A DNA stretch of 64,000 nucleotides from Octopus vulgaris (taxonomy: Eukaryota). The translations under genes were made by a program, and so were the position numbers. Numbering within the stretch: the first letter of the stretch is position 1; the number at the start of each line of letters is the position of its first letter. This document shows positions 40,457 to 54,612 of the stretch, in pieces. Under the pieces are notes generated by a model that did not search any database, had not been told where the DNA came from, and worked only from the letters and a program-made list of their open reading frames with translations. The DNA lies in the NCBI GenBank assembly GCA_951406725.2, contig OX597825.1, positions 38,998,001 to 39,062,000 of the forward strand, given 5' to 3'.

Positions 40457-41112
40457 TATTATTATTAAAGGGAAGAATGAAATAATTGCTGTAAGGAATT
40501 GGAGCCTTTTGTTCTTTGCTTGAGTAGTTATTGTATGTCTTCAAACTACCTGCATCGTGTTTTCACTGTAGTTAAAATCTTTACTCTGCTGTAAAATGAT
40601 ATATATATGCTGAAAATAATTTGAGAATAATTGCATCTATATATAAGGACAACAATAAAAAATGAATAAGAGTAAACAATTTCTTTTATACCTACAGTAA
40701 CACTTTCTGTTTTCATGTTTTAGAATTGCACATAATATTGAGAATAGATAGGTTATTGTTCTTGGCAGATAATTACGATAAAGGAAGAAAAAAAACACAG
40801 CTTAGTAAAAAGAATCACGTTGATCTAATAAAAATAAACATTAAAAAACTATGTGAGAGAATTCACTGGTCAAAAGATAAATAAAAGTGATTAGAGAAGA
40901 TAGATAAATATCTTGTTTCTATATAAAGCATATCAAATTATGGGATATTAAATTATCGTAAATTGCACTGCAATAAATTCCATAACTGACAGCACAGTAA
41001 AAAGAAACACAATAAAAGTAATTCTATCGAACATAGCAAAATATGACATAGATGTATGTGTGTGGTTGTCTGTTCGTATGCCTGTGTAAATGTGTTTCAG
41101 CGAGTCGATTTG

Positions 41113-41192
<80 letters not shown>

Positions 41193-41217
41193 CCTATCTA
41201 TCTACCTACGTACCTAT

Positions 41218-41277
<60 letters not shown>

Positions 41278-41327
41278 ATATCTGTCTATCTGTCTATCTA
41301 TCTATTTATATATCTATCTATCTATCA

Positions 41328-41407
<80 letters not shown>

Positions 41408-41445
41408 GTCTGTCTGTCTATCTATCTATCTGTCTGTCGGTCTGT
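41113..41445. repeat. (CTAT)n / (GATA)n tetranucleotide microsatellite
   Basis: Directly visible. Confidence 0.98.
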
Positions 41446-42829
41446 CTGTTTGCCTGTCTGCTGCAGGTCTCTATGTCTGTCTCTGTCTATCTCTATCAAT
41501 GTATTTTTGTATCCATCTATCTACTTATCGCTGTATATAGATACATAATTGTTAAAGAGGACAATAAACTTTAAGGCTAAGCAAACATCTCAAGTCATAT
41601 ACATTATCATTATTGGAAAGATTTCAATGTCTTATAGCTGTTTCTGTGTTATCCCAGAGTATGAGCTATTCTGTCAACAGAGACAAATGGGGAGTATGAG
41701 ATGGGTATATATTAATGAAGTGACGACATATAGGAAGGGAGTAAGGCAATAAGGATGTGGACAGAGAGAGAGAGAGAGAGAGAAGGAACAAATGTTCACA
41801 TTTAAAATTTTCGATGTTGTAGAAATAAGGCTATAAGTTCTTAGGTGCAATTCTGGGTAAATCATTGTGTGTTAATATACTGATATTATAAACATCCAGA
41901 GAAAGACGCGGCGAAGATATCAAATTTTAATAAAAGAATGGTAGCGCAGGTGGTTATTAAGTGGTAGGAGGAAAGAAAAATAAATAAATAGAAAGAGAGG
42001 TATATAGAGTTAGGGGGAAATTAAGGATTCGCTTTTAGATAAATTAAGGTATATAAGCATATGGTGTCTAAGGATATGGTAAATAGGAGTAACCGAGAAT
42101 ATATGAGAGAGAACGAAGAGGTAGAAGTTAGCGTAAATAAATAAACAAAATAGAGCAAAACGAAAGGAAATTGAAGAGTAGTAGGTGTCGGTGGTATTCT
42201 TCCAGTCTATAGTTGTTGGGTAGGAAATCTAGTAGTAAAGATTTGTGTCCGATCTGGCTAAGTTCAATGGCTCTAGACTTATTTTTAGCCATGGGTTTAT
42301 GAGTTTGTAGGTATTTGAGAGTTGAAGAACTAGCTGAATGTTAAATTATTTAGGAGTAGGGGTTAGAATTAAATATTAGGCGATTTATTTGGTTATGGTT
42401 AAAAAATAAATTAAGTATAAATTTAAGAATTAATATTTATCTCATGAAGCGATGCGGTAAGGTAGATAGAAGAGATCTAAAAGAAAACGTAGATATAAGA
42501 GATATAGAGATATAGGAGAGATGGAAGAGATATTGAGGGTCACGTGTTAGTGATCATAGGATTTTGTATGTGAGTGCTATTCGTAGTGGGTGAAGTTACA
42601 TTTAGTTTTATGAAATAATTTAAAAGTACGGAAGAATTTGCGCTTACACGCAGTGGAGGCTTCGTTGTGTTTATAAAGAAATTGTTATGAGTTATGGATT
42701 AGAGGTTTAAGGGGTTCTTTGAAGCTGAATCCACAAATGGATTATTGGCCCTAAGAAGAGATACACGATTCTATTATAGCCCAGAAAAAAAAAAAATAAT
42801 AACAACAACAACAACAGCAACAACAACAG

Positions 42830-42860
<31 letters not shown>

Positions 42861-42863
42861 AAC

Positions 42864-42919
<56 letters not shown>

Positions 42920-43149
42920 CAACAAAAACTTCGAAAAATAACTTAGGAATGAGAACCCAGGCTCGAAATTTCCCCAGCCGGAAACATTGTGTTAACAACA
43001 AACAAGATAAGGACAAGTATTCGTCAAATGTACATAATGTAAATAAGGTACATAATTCCCCATCTCTTGAATATAGAACTGTATAACGATGTACTGTTAG
43101 TATTATTAAGTTGAGACAACCTTGTACAGTTATTATTTTTCATCTGTTA

Positions 43150-44700
43150 GGAACTCCAAAATCCACTAACATCTAACGACCCTAGTAAATTAATTCAACA
43201 TAACACTTATGTCCATGCATATAAACCCAAGAAACCAACTGACTCCAAAGCAAAACAAACCTTCATAACTACAACTATAGTGCCATTGTTAACACCAGCA
43301 TATTAAATTTACTACAACAGACAAATATACCTCCTGCCATAATAGAGAATACCACAGAGGATATCACCGGACACATTAAGTATCATACACAACAACCCAA
43401 CAACACCACCTTCAACGCCTTAACAATTAATAACCTTGGCACCAACTATAATAACAATGTCCTCACAAGCTCATCCGGAACAACCTTACTAACCTATGCA
43501 GCTTCAGAGGCCATAAATCCTGTCCTGTAGATAACCGCTGTCTCACTAAAACTGTGTTTAAATATGCATAGTTAATTCATACAATTAACAACTGAAACTA
43601 CATTTACATCGGCTCATATAGCACCACCTTCAAAGCTTCAGTGAGAAATCACTACTATAACTTCAAATCACACACAAAGTCTAACAGTACATCGTTATCT
43701 CAATGTATCTATTAACGAACGCTTGACTCAGCTCCCTTCTGTCTCACATGGTCCATAATCACCCACGCCAAACCTTGCAGAGGATATAATAATGAGTGTG
43801 ATCTCTATATAGGCGAGGTCACGCCTATTTTGCTCAATGAACGCAGCAGTATAATATTGGCCTGCAAACATTGGGTCTTAAATCTACTCTCGAAATACAA
43901 ATAATTATAACCAACCACTCTTGTCTCCCCGTAACTCTCATATTTTTCCCACTTATTAAACCTCACAACCACTGCTTATTAAACCAACAATATATTTTCT
44001 TTCCGCTTTTAATTTCTTATTCGTCATTTTCTATCCTTATTTTTACTTACTACCTAAACTATTCTTCTTTCTTTATATTTCAACTGTCCCTTCTACTCCC
44101 TCCACCCCTAAAAGTACAAATACATAAGCTTATATACACTTTCACCACTTCATTCGTTTTCTTTGTTTTCCTGTACCATTCTACGCCATTTGACCATAAA
44201 ACCACTAGTCGTGCTTAAACACCTCACCCTACCTTGCTTTATTTATACATACTTTCTTTTACTCCCAAAGACCAAAAGAATTTTCCCCATCCTCTCCTCT
44301 CCAATTTCTCTTCTGTTCAAATGTCAATCCCACTATTGAATTCTGTGATTAAGCTAAAACACCAGCCGACCCGTCAAATTCCTCCTTTCTCTCAACCCCC
44401 TGTATTTTATTTCAAGTAACTTATTTTTTTTGCCTCTCTTCATTCGTCACTTCTTCTATGAATTATATCTCCCCTCATTTATATATACAACGAATACTGT
44501 GCCCTCCAAATATTCCGACTGAACCATTGCGTCACTATGCACCTCCCTGCGACAATGTAGCCTTTGATGTAATCCAGATAACCTAGATCTGAAGAGTAAC
44601 CGGCCATATATGCCACACTTGGATTTTAACACTTCTGCGATTCCACTCGCTACGAAACATATGTAACCCAGATTTTCCATACTCCATTTCGTAACTCTCA
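43150..44700 (+). mobile_element. Nematis-like PLE 3' remnant (linker, Cys motif, GIY-YIG, tail with hammerhead)
   Basis: CSFRGHKSCPVDNRCLTKTV..YIGS..NHYYNFK..STSLS..WSII..AKP..CDL..CKHW at 43495-43875. Confidence 0.7.
44583..44672 (+). ncRNA. Degenerate type I hammerhead ribozyme
   Basis: CTGAAGA-GTAAC...GCTAC-GAAACATATGTA-ACCCAG; stems I and II carry A-C mismatches. Confidence 0.6.
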
Positions 44701-44724
44701 TACATGCATATGTATATATATATA

Positions 44725-44811
<87 letters not shown>

Positions 44812-45124
44812 TGTGTGTGTGCGTCTATCTATCTATCTATATCTATATATAAATATATATAAAACAATACAAAATGGGACAAGAACGCAAAACATCCAGA
44901 AGACGATACAAAAGACACGACCGGGTCATTCGAAGCCTTTAATCTTCAGTCAAGAACCAGATCATCCTCGCAATTTCACCGGATTAATCTTGATATACAT
45001 GTATAAGTATAAAATAAAAATAAGTGACAGAGTTGTGCGGATAATATCAGACTGACTTGTGGCTTCAATTTAAGTACCTACTGTGTGTTTGTATGTATAT
45101 AAATATGTATGTATGCATGAATTC

Positions 45125-45173
<49 letters not shown>

Positions 45174-45697
45174 TGCACGCTTGTATGTGTGTATGTAGTT
45201 ATGTAACTATGCATGCATGCTTCTTTGGATTATACAAGATAAATTTTCCTCTTCAAAATTTCAATTTTTTCCTAGCTATATGGCAACTCTCTCCTTTTTT
45301 TAGAGGAATTTACTGATGGTGATTGAAGTCGCCTGACTTTCTTTATACATGCATACATCTGTACGTGCTATGAGGATATGCAAGATTGTGAATAAGCTTG
45401 GACACACGAGTTTGCTTGCTGCAACAGGAAAAGTACGTTTCGTTACTGCCGCGGTAGTTGGGTGCATCTGCATTCATCAGACATGCACAGTATAGGGTAT
45501 GTGTTCTCTACACATGAACGGCAGATGCATAACTTTCAAAACGTTTTAGACATCTTCACTGTTCCACTAAAGAATACTATTTGGAAAAAATAAATCCGTG
45601 TTTAAATGATGACATGGCGTTCAACGACAATAGGCATAGATTAACATATATAGCTTAGATATAAGAGATGCGCGTAAATTATGTGTTTGCTTCACTT

Positions 45698-45754
<57 letters not shown>

Positions 45755-45759
45755 ATATA

Positions 45760-45797
<38 letters not shown>

Positions 45798-48104
45798 TAC
45801 ATTATATCTGCCTACACAACACTCATATATGTATGTTTCTATATATGTATATATGTCAGCATACATGTTTATAATATCTATATATTTGTATATGTATCCA
45901 TTTATAAGTATATATATATATATATATATATAGATAGATAGATAGATATATGTATATATATGTGTATTTGTATATGTATTTATACAGATGTGTGCACATA
46001 TATCTACGCATGAACAGAGAGAAAACGAAAGAGGGAAAGAGAGAGAGAACGAGTGCATTGAAAGCAGATTAAGCATACTAATTAGGCTAACATTAGGAAA
46101 TAATTTCCACAAAATTGGATTAATATGTTTTCCTATTGAATATGTAAATTTGTAAAATTTCACGCAAAGCTTTGTCGGAAAGAAAAATAATAAATTTTGA
46201 ATATATTCTATGTGTGAAATAAATGACTACGAAGACAGAATCAAAAGTGAACAAAATGTGGTACATATTCTTATTCGTGCGGTTAAAATTGGGTTATACA
46301 AGCTGAAATGTACCGCATAATAATCGCATATTTATTCACATACTTGGTAATATTAATATGAATCTAGAGTAAATACATTCTGCTAAGAATTACTACACAT
46401 ACATCTGTGTGAGAGTTCATACATATACATAAATGCATTTGTGCATGTATTTACATAGACTAAAATCTCTTACACACAAACTCACTATCAAACACTCAAA
46501 CACACATACACACAAACACACATTTCGTATATATATATACATACACAACATACATACATACACATATATATATGTATAAGTATATATGGATATTTACATA
46601 AAAGTACGTGTCTACCTATCTCTCTATATATCTATATATATATATATATATATATATACACGCACACGCGCACATATATATGTATGTGTGTATCTGTGCT
46701 ATTCACGCATATATATGTGTTTATGCGTTTCTTTGAATGTTACACCTGTGGTAAAAATAAACACTTTTCGTGATCGATGTTTCAGCGATCTGTAGCCGCC
46801 GGAAATTCCTCATGATTCATGTTTTCTTTTTTCTATAAAATTTCAGAATAAACATTAATAATATCTATATAGTGAATCGTTAAGAGCCAGCAAATGTCTT
46901 GCTAAATTCCCATGTTTTCAGGTTAGAGATTGACATATCCCTCATTGCCATTCACTTAATCTCTTCTGCAATCTTTGCAGTAAGTTATCACACAAAAATC
47001 AGCTCGTCTGGTAATGATCTAATTTTGAAAGTTCGTAATTTGACGACACGCATTTATGCACCATTGGGAAATGTATATATATATATATATATATATAATT
47101 ATTTATTCAGTATTACGAAATTGTTCCGCATAGGCGGCCAAATACTAAATATTTAAGCCTCCTTTAAAATAAAGAATAATTAAATAATTCTTAAACAAGT
47201 TGATTTTTTTTTGCACTGAAGTCTTCAAAAAAAATAATCAGTCATAGACTCTTTGGTTGCAATAATAACAAGAGCTACAAAAAGATAACATGGAATACTG
47301 TGTTTCTTTCTTCTCGTGATATATCGCTTAGTTTGACTTTTAAGTAATAGGCTCTCTATTATCCAGGATAACATGAATGTATACGTGCCTGCATTAGAGT
47401 GCAAGTAAGTGGTATAGGATGAGGAGAGAAAAGAAATGTATGAGGCCGAAATAGAGAGTATAAATGAGGCAGAATGTGATAGTGAGAAGAAGGTTTGTAG
47501 AGAAGTGAAGGGAGGGAAACAGGTGTAAAAGGGAGTAATGTTATAAAGGAATACGTAGAAATCGGGTGGAGAAAAGAATGTGATTCAGAGTATGTAATAT
47601 TGGGATGGCATAATGAAACAACGCCTCTTACTGTTAAATTAATCTCCACCAATAATTAAACATGTATTTCCTGTCATAAAGACACAGGGAGAGAACCTTC
47701 CATTTAAATTTCAGGAATGCCTCCAAATGATGCAAGTATATTTCGTGATCAACATCAGCTTTTAATGGAGACCAAACTTCGTAGTTTTATGGTGCAAGCA
47801 ATCACTCTCTTAGATGTTCTCCTGATGTTTGCATTCAAATTTTCACACTAATTCGTCCCTGTTCTACATATACAACAGGTCAAGTCAAAAGATACTCTAA
47901 TTAACATTGAGTTTTACAGAATACAATATTGAATCAAACATGAAGCTAAATATATAACAGGCTTTAAATATTGTAGATTGTGTAACATATTTAATGTATG
48001 GTGTGCTATTTTTTCTGACATATAAAATCTCTTCGGATAACCATGTATATGTGTGCATGTTTGTGTGCATATACGTATATATAGTCATGCATCTATCTCT
48101 CTAG

Positions 48105-48154
<50 letters not shown>

Positions 48155-48222
48155 ACATGCACATACATATGTGTGTTTGTATATGCATATATGTAAATAT
48201 ATGTATGTATCCCTTTCTCTCC

Positions 48223-48284
<62 letters not shown>

Positions 48285-49489
48285 ATGTATTTACCTGAAT
48301 TGAATCCTAATTGCTTTTCGCACCATCTAATATTATTTGGCGGTAATGAAGCTACATTTATAATACTGTATACAAAGATTAGGCACTCTATACTACTTTA
48401 TATTTAATTTGTTCACTTTCTGACTTTACTGATCGCCTCCGTCAGTTCTGCCCAAACGTCCAATCATGCATGTGTACATTACGGATGCAAATTGTTGCGC
48501 ACGTGCATAGTCGCTCACGTACACACACACATACATATATGAAATCTTTTATTCATATGCCGTACGTTTGAAAGATATATTGCTTTGTTTTAATGCAGAA
48601 TAATTTCATATTATGGCTAGATATGGTCAGTGATATTTGGTGCACGGCCGAATATAACTAAAGTAACAAGACTACTATTCGTCATCAATAATTATTCCAT
48701 AAGAGAATTCACGTAGAATTTAACTGTTTTGTGTTGCCGTGACGAATGCAAGATTGCCTGTCGTGGTTAAGTCAAAGTGGAGAATCATAATTTTACGTTA
48801 TATATTTTGGTTGTTTTGAAAACGAAAATCTGTGCTCCTGATTCTATTCAGTGTACACCATGAATGGTATCAGGAGGCGAGATTATTTTGAGCAAAAGTC
48901 GAGGTCACAACACAATGTATCTTAATAGGTTAGATTCCATTTCAGCAAATCAAATACCATTGCCGATTTTAAAGTGAGTAACTGACTTACTACCACTTAT
49001 ACACAGAAACGCCTTATTTACCACTGTCCCAAAGAAATCTACCTACCATATATCACTCACAATACTTTGATGAAAATTTGTCATATGGAAATAGAATAAT
49101 ATGGAACAAACTTGCATGGTTCACGTAATGCTATTATTTTTTTTCAGAAGCTTTATTCTTGGCAATACTTCTAAATTTCGTCGTGTATTTTAAAATCATA
49201 ACATATTTCAACCCAACATGCAGCCTACGTCCAGAGCAGTCGATTACCATCAGCTTACCCTGTGCCTACTATGTGCAAACCTAGTGCATATACCCTTACT
49301 TATTTCCAATCATATACATACATCAACACACGCACATTCAAAGATTTGAAAATCACAACACACGCGCTCAAATGTATATATCACATAGTAGAAATGGAAG
49401 GTGCGAGCGATATGTGTTTGTGTGTGCGTGTATATATATATGCATATATGCATTTATATATATATATATTTATAAATATAAACCTTTAC

Positions 49490-49544
<55 letters not shown>

Positions 49545-49548
49545 CCTT

Positions 49549-49589
<41 letters not shown>

Positions 49590-50451
49590 GCAAATGTATA
49601 TATGTATATGTCTGTATCTATACAGTCATGTAAGCAGACACATAGGCAGGGAAAATAAAATAAGTATGCTGTAAAGATTGCTTAATTAGCAAAAACACTA
49701 TCCCGAGGTGAGACACACCTGATTGAATTGCGATAACGGGAATCATTTTATGTTCTGGAAGTAGACATTGATGGGATAACAAGAAATTATCTACTAATGT
49801 CAACACATTATTCTCTCGCCTTTCTCTACCTACAGCCGTACGAATGAAAATAGAAGAGAAAAATTAACTTTTCTAGCTAATTATGTTTAGCTGCTAACAT
49901 TGTCTTGAATCGATTTTATTCCGTAATGTTAAAAATTAGAAAATAATAATGATAATAATAATGATGATGATGGTGATGATGATGATGATAATGATGATGA
50001 TGATGATGATGATGATATAGAGTAACTCTTTGAATTTTCATAACGACAACAAGAAATAAAGTGAGACAAATTTATTTCAGAATTGTTATTCAGAAAAATT
50101 TATTATTTATCTCAGAATATCTTTAGATAATAGAACATATTTATATTAAATTTCAAAGAAAATGTATCCTATTCTTTGTCTACATAAACATTTTCTCACA
50201 GCAAGTTGGGTATCTTACATATAATAAAGCGCAGCTTGTGGCCTGACACGCTAAGGAAAGAATTCTAGCAGCAGAAAGAATAGAAGTGGATGACAGTGAG
50301 AGAAGTTGAAAAGCAGGTGAACAACGTTCAACTATTTTGCTTTGAAGAGGCTGATATTTTAATCCAAATAAAACTGCAAATTTTTATCGTAAATTGTACT
50401 TGATTGACCAGTCCCGCATACGCAGGCAAACACACACATATATATATTCCT

Positions 50452-50669
50452 TACTCTCTCTCTTCTACTTGTTTCAGTCATTTGACTATAGCCATGCTGG
50501 AGCACCGCCTTTAGTCGAGCAAATGGACCGCAGGACTTATTCTTTGTAATCCTAGTACTTATTCTATCGGTCTCTTTGGCCAAACCGCTAAGTTACAGGG
50601 ACGCAAACACACCACCATCGGTTGTGAAGCGATGTCAAGGGAGGGCGGCAAACACAGACACACAACCAT

Positions 50670-50725
<56 letters not shown>

Positions 50726-50898
50726 ACTTATATACGACGTGCTTCTTTCAGTTTCCGTCTACCAAATCCACTCAGAAGGCTTTGGTCGATCCTAGGCAAT
50801 GGTAGAAGACATTTGACCAAGGTTCCACGCAGTGGGACTGAACCCGGAACCATGTAGTTGGTAAACAAGCTACATACCACACAGCCACTCCTACACCT

Positions 50899-50900
<2 letters not shown>
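50452..50900 (-). mobile_element. Full-length OK-type tRNA-derived SINE with internal (TA)n(TG)n
   Basis: A box TGGCTGTGTGG, B box GGTTCAGTCCC, body and GGCGGTGCTCCAGCATGG..CTGAAACAAGT tail. Confidence 0.92.
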
Positions 50901-50978
<78 letters not shown>

Positions 50979-50986
50979 CATATATA

Positions 50987-52197
50987 TATTTGTGTTTCAC
51001 ATGAAATGCCTCATTTTTAATTATTTGTTACTTCAGTCATTTAAAAACTCAATAATGTATATCTTGTATATAGTCTTCACTGTTTTTCTTTCACAACAAT
51101 ATTAGTATACAAAATTCGTACCCACAGACAGTATGAAAATGATAACAACATAACTGTTTGTTAAGTGATTTTCTCGTATGAGTACAAACTAGGTCATCAT
51201 GCTGCAGAAACTCTACGGAATATCAAGGTGGCTTTGGTAATAACATTAGAATGTTTAGAGATGTTTCCAAAGCTCTCGTTCAGGAGATGATAGCCTGAAA
51301 AATAAACCAAGGCGTAGGCCAAAATCAGCTATACGACATGATGGATTAAAGGCTCTGGTTGAACAAAATCCGAGAACAAAGTTTCAAATATTTTTATCAG
51401 AACTCCAAATATTTCGCACAACTGTTTGTGGACACCTGTAAAAAATTGGAAAAGTCAATAAAATAGATAGGTTTGTTCCACATGAACTGAACTAAATGAA
51501 AAAAAAAACCGACGCCTCGAAGTGTGCTCCTTATTACTTTCTCGACTGGAAAAAGACCATTTCTGCATCAAATCATTAATTGTGATGAGAAATGGATACT
51601 CTTTGACAACGGCAGGAGAACAAGACAGTGATTAGATGCAGGAGAGTCAACTAAACACTACTCAAACCCACTATTCCACGCTAAAATGTTAGATGTCACT
51701 GAATGGTTGTCTGCGAAGGGAGTCATTCATTATTCCTATTTCCAACAAGGCAAAACGGTAACAGCAGCATCGAATTGCCAATTGATTGTATGCATGCAGA
51801 TTTGAAAAAGAAGCAACCCGGAATAGTGAATAGAGATGGCCTAATTTTGCTCCACGACAATGCACATCCTGGCACTCCTGAAGCTACTAAAAGTTTCAAA
51901 GCCTGAATAATGAGATTTTGACACATCCTCCCTATTTTCCTGATATCTCTCCTACTGATCATCACTTACTTAAACATTCTCAGATAGAGAAGAGGTAATT
52001 GATGCATTCGGACAATTTATCACATCAAAAAGATGAATTTTGTTTTGAAGATGGAATATATGCCATAGAGAAACGTTGAGTGAACGTCATAAATGAACAT
52101 GGATCATACTTTGATTAAATAAATCAGTTCTCTAACATTTCTGAAACATTTCATTTTTACCCTTCAAATATGACATTACATATGAAACAACATAATA
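50987..52197 (+). mobile_element. Mariner (Tc1/mariner) DNA transposon relic
   Basis: FVPHEL, CDEKWILFDN, LLHDNAHP, HPPYFPDISPTD; imperfect TIRs about 50987-51015 and 52168-52197 flanked by TA. Confidence 0.9.
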
Positions 52198-52269
52198 TAT
52201 GCGTTATGTTTCAATATCTGTTTTTGCTTGCAATAGCCAGTTCGTTTGGTCAAACTGTCATGTCCAGTT

Positions 52270-52964
52270 GCTTCAGTTGCCAAGATATCAAAATTTGTCA
52301 CCAAGATGGTGACAGTATCCAGGCGAATGACCGGATGGATTCTGAGATCCTTCAGAATATGGGACCAGGAAATTATTTGTCGTCAGCCATGTGGACTACA
52401 GCTCTCACCTATGGTAGAAATAATTGCAGAATTTGAGATATTTCAGCGATACTACACGAAGAAGATTGCACCAATGGAACAACTGAGTTACTGAGAGAGA
52501 CTGAAAGCGCTACAATTCTTTTCTCTGGAGCGAACACGGGAGAGGCACGCCGTGTTATATATATGGGAGATACTGGAGGGGCTGACACAAAATTTTGGAA
52601 TTGAGAGTTATACAAGACCTCGAATTGGATGTCGCTGCACTGTTCCAAAATCCCAGCTGTCTCATCTAGGGGCGAGGACCATGTAGTGCAACAGCTTGGG
52701 TTTCAAGGGCCCACAGCTATTTAACTCCTTCACAAAACATCAGAGAGATCTCCTTGGAGTGGGATTAGTTGTTTTCAAGAAACAACTTGACCTCTTGCTA
52801 TCCATGATCCCAGATATACCAAAATCAAGGGAGGAAACTCAAAAGAGAGCAACAATATCGAAAACCCACCTTCACTAAAAGGCAAACACATAGAATCGTC
52901 GAAGTGATTACGGTGGCGGTGCCCCAGCTTGGCTGCAGCCTCAATGCTGATACATTTAAAGATA
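52270..52964 (+). mobile_element. CR1-clade LINE 3' fragment with 3' UTR
   Basis: RRMTGWILRSFR, QRYYTKKI, LGFKGPQLFN..FKKQLDLLLS; homologous to 20986-21600. Confidence 0.88.
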
Positions 52965-53105
52965 AAGTAATATAATAATATACAATGGGTTTGCTAAGGC
53001 GTGGCTGAAATATTCCTTTGTTTTCTGAAAAAAAACAACCTTTTGGACTTTTACATTCTTCTGTATAATAGCAACGATACATATTCTCTTGCCTTTCTTT
53101 TTCTT

Positions 53106-53145
<40 letters not shown>

Positions 53146-53180
53146 CCTGCACTTGTCTCTCTCTCTCTCTGTCTTTGTAT

Positions 53181-53217
<37 letters not shown>

Positions 53218-53396
53218 AGACAGAGAGAGAGAGAGAAGGGAGAGAGAGAGAGAGAGAGAAGAAAAAGAAAGGCAAGAGAATATGTATCGTTGCTATTATA
53301 CAAAATTATGTAAAAGTTCAAAAGGTTGTTTTTTTTCAGAAAACAAAAGAATATTTCAAGCACGCCTTGGCAAACCCATTGTATATTATTTTATTA

Positions 53397-53399
<3 letters not shown>
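52965..53399. repeat. About 435-bp imperfect fold-back centred on (TA)n
   Basis: Left and right arms are reverse complements with scattered mismatches. Confidence 0.9.
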
Positions 53400-53436
<37 letters not shown>

Positions 53437-53631
53437 TGAATTATCCTAGGTGAATGAATTATCCTAGCATGGAAAATTCGTTTAACCGATACCTGGGTAG
53501 CAAATTCACGTCAGAAAACACGGTTGACGTGACCTGTCAAGGGTAGAAACTCCGGATTCTTGTGTGGAAATTTGTGTGTTTTTTATGTATGAATAAATGA
53601 AAGAATGGAGTCGAACGAAATGTTAACAAAA

Positions 53632-53728
53632 TTCCTTTACTCTCGACACATGTTTCGAAGACGGCATACTTTTAATCCGAAGGAATAAAGGGTGCATTAT
53701 GCAATCTTCTCATCAGGAAAGATAAGGA
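53632..53728 (-). ncRNA. Type I hammerhead ribozyme, intact core
   Basis: CCTTATCTTTC-CTGATGA-GAAGAT...GTCTTC-GAAACATGTGTC-GAGAGTAAAGG. Confidence 0.88.
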
Positions 53729-54273
53729 GCCTCTCTCAGTCACAAGACAAACAAAAAATTTTAATGATTGCCTACATGGTGACCACAGTGATAACGGGTG
53801 TTTTTTATGTGTGTGTATGAATGTGTGTATATAACTGCATTTGTGTGTTTGTGTGTGTGAGATATATGTTATATATTCCATTGCTACTAAATATCTTTGA
53901 CGTATGTTTCTCTCTCTCTCTCTATCACACACACAATCAAACACACAGACACAAATATTTCACCTTACTACTACGTAAATTTGACGTTTGTCTATCTCAA
54001 ACACACAATCACACACACACACACAGACGCAGTTATATACACACATTCATACACACACATAAACACTTGCACTCATTAACACAAGCACACACCTGTACAT
54101 CCCCATACGTACAGCATACATAATGTCCCCTACCTATTTTTACTACTTCCTCCTTTTACCCAATTTTGACGTCAATGCTTATAACGGATTTTTAAAAAAA
54201 ACACCCATTATCACTGTGGTCACCATGTAGGCAATCATCATAATTTTCTGTTCGTCTTGTGACTGAGAGAGGC

Positions 54274-54370
54274 TCCTTATCATTCCTGATGAGAAGATTG
54301 CATAATGCACCCTTTATTCCTTCGGATTAAAAGTATGCCGTCTTCGAAATATGTGTCCAGAGTAAAGGAA
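54274..54370 (+). ncRNA. Type I hammerhead ribozyme in the 5' pLTR
   Basis: CTGATGA-GAAGAT...GTCTTC-GAAATATGTGTC; stem I has point mismatches. Confidence 0.8.
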
Positions 54371-54612
54371 TTTTGTTAACATCTTCGTTCGACTCCATTC
54401 TTTCATTTATTCAAATATAAAAAATACACAAATTTCCACACAAGAACCCGGAGTTTCTACCCTTGACAGGTCGATTCAACCGTGTTTTCTGACGTGAATT
54501 TGCTACCCAGGTATCGGTTAACCGAATTCTCCATTCTAGGATAATTCATTCACCTACTTAAATATTCTTATACAGTTTCCCTGACAACCTGCTAACTTAA
54601 CCGATCCCGCAA

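Noticed and set aside
41780-42770. Possible further Nematis-like 3' tail on the minus strand (also 47360-47800)
   Set aside because: Only a few residues resemble the GIY-YIG C-terminus, too little for a feature.
44915-44995. CTGAAGA and GAAA motifs on the minus strand
   Set aside because: No consistent hammerhead stems; probably a repeat end of unknown family.
45370-45500. Short 41-aa ORF and a minus-strand CTGATGA..GAAA
   Set aside because: No recognisable homology; stem II and the cleavage-site pairing are absent.
50820-50900. tRNA gene
   Set aside because: The A and B boxes belong to a SINE head that runs into SINE body sequence; no complete cloverleaf.
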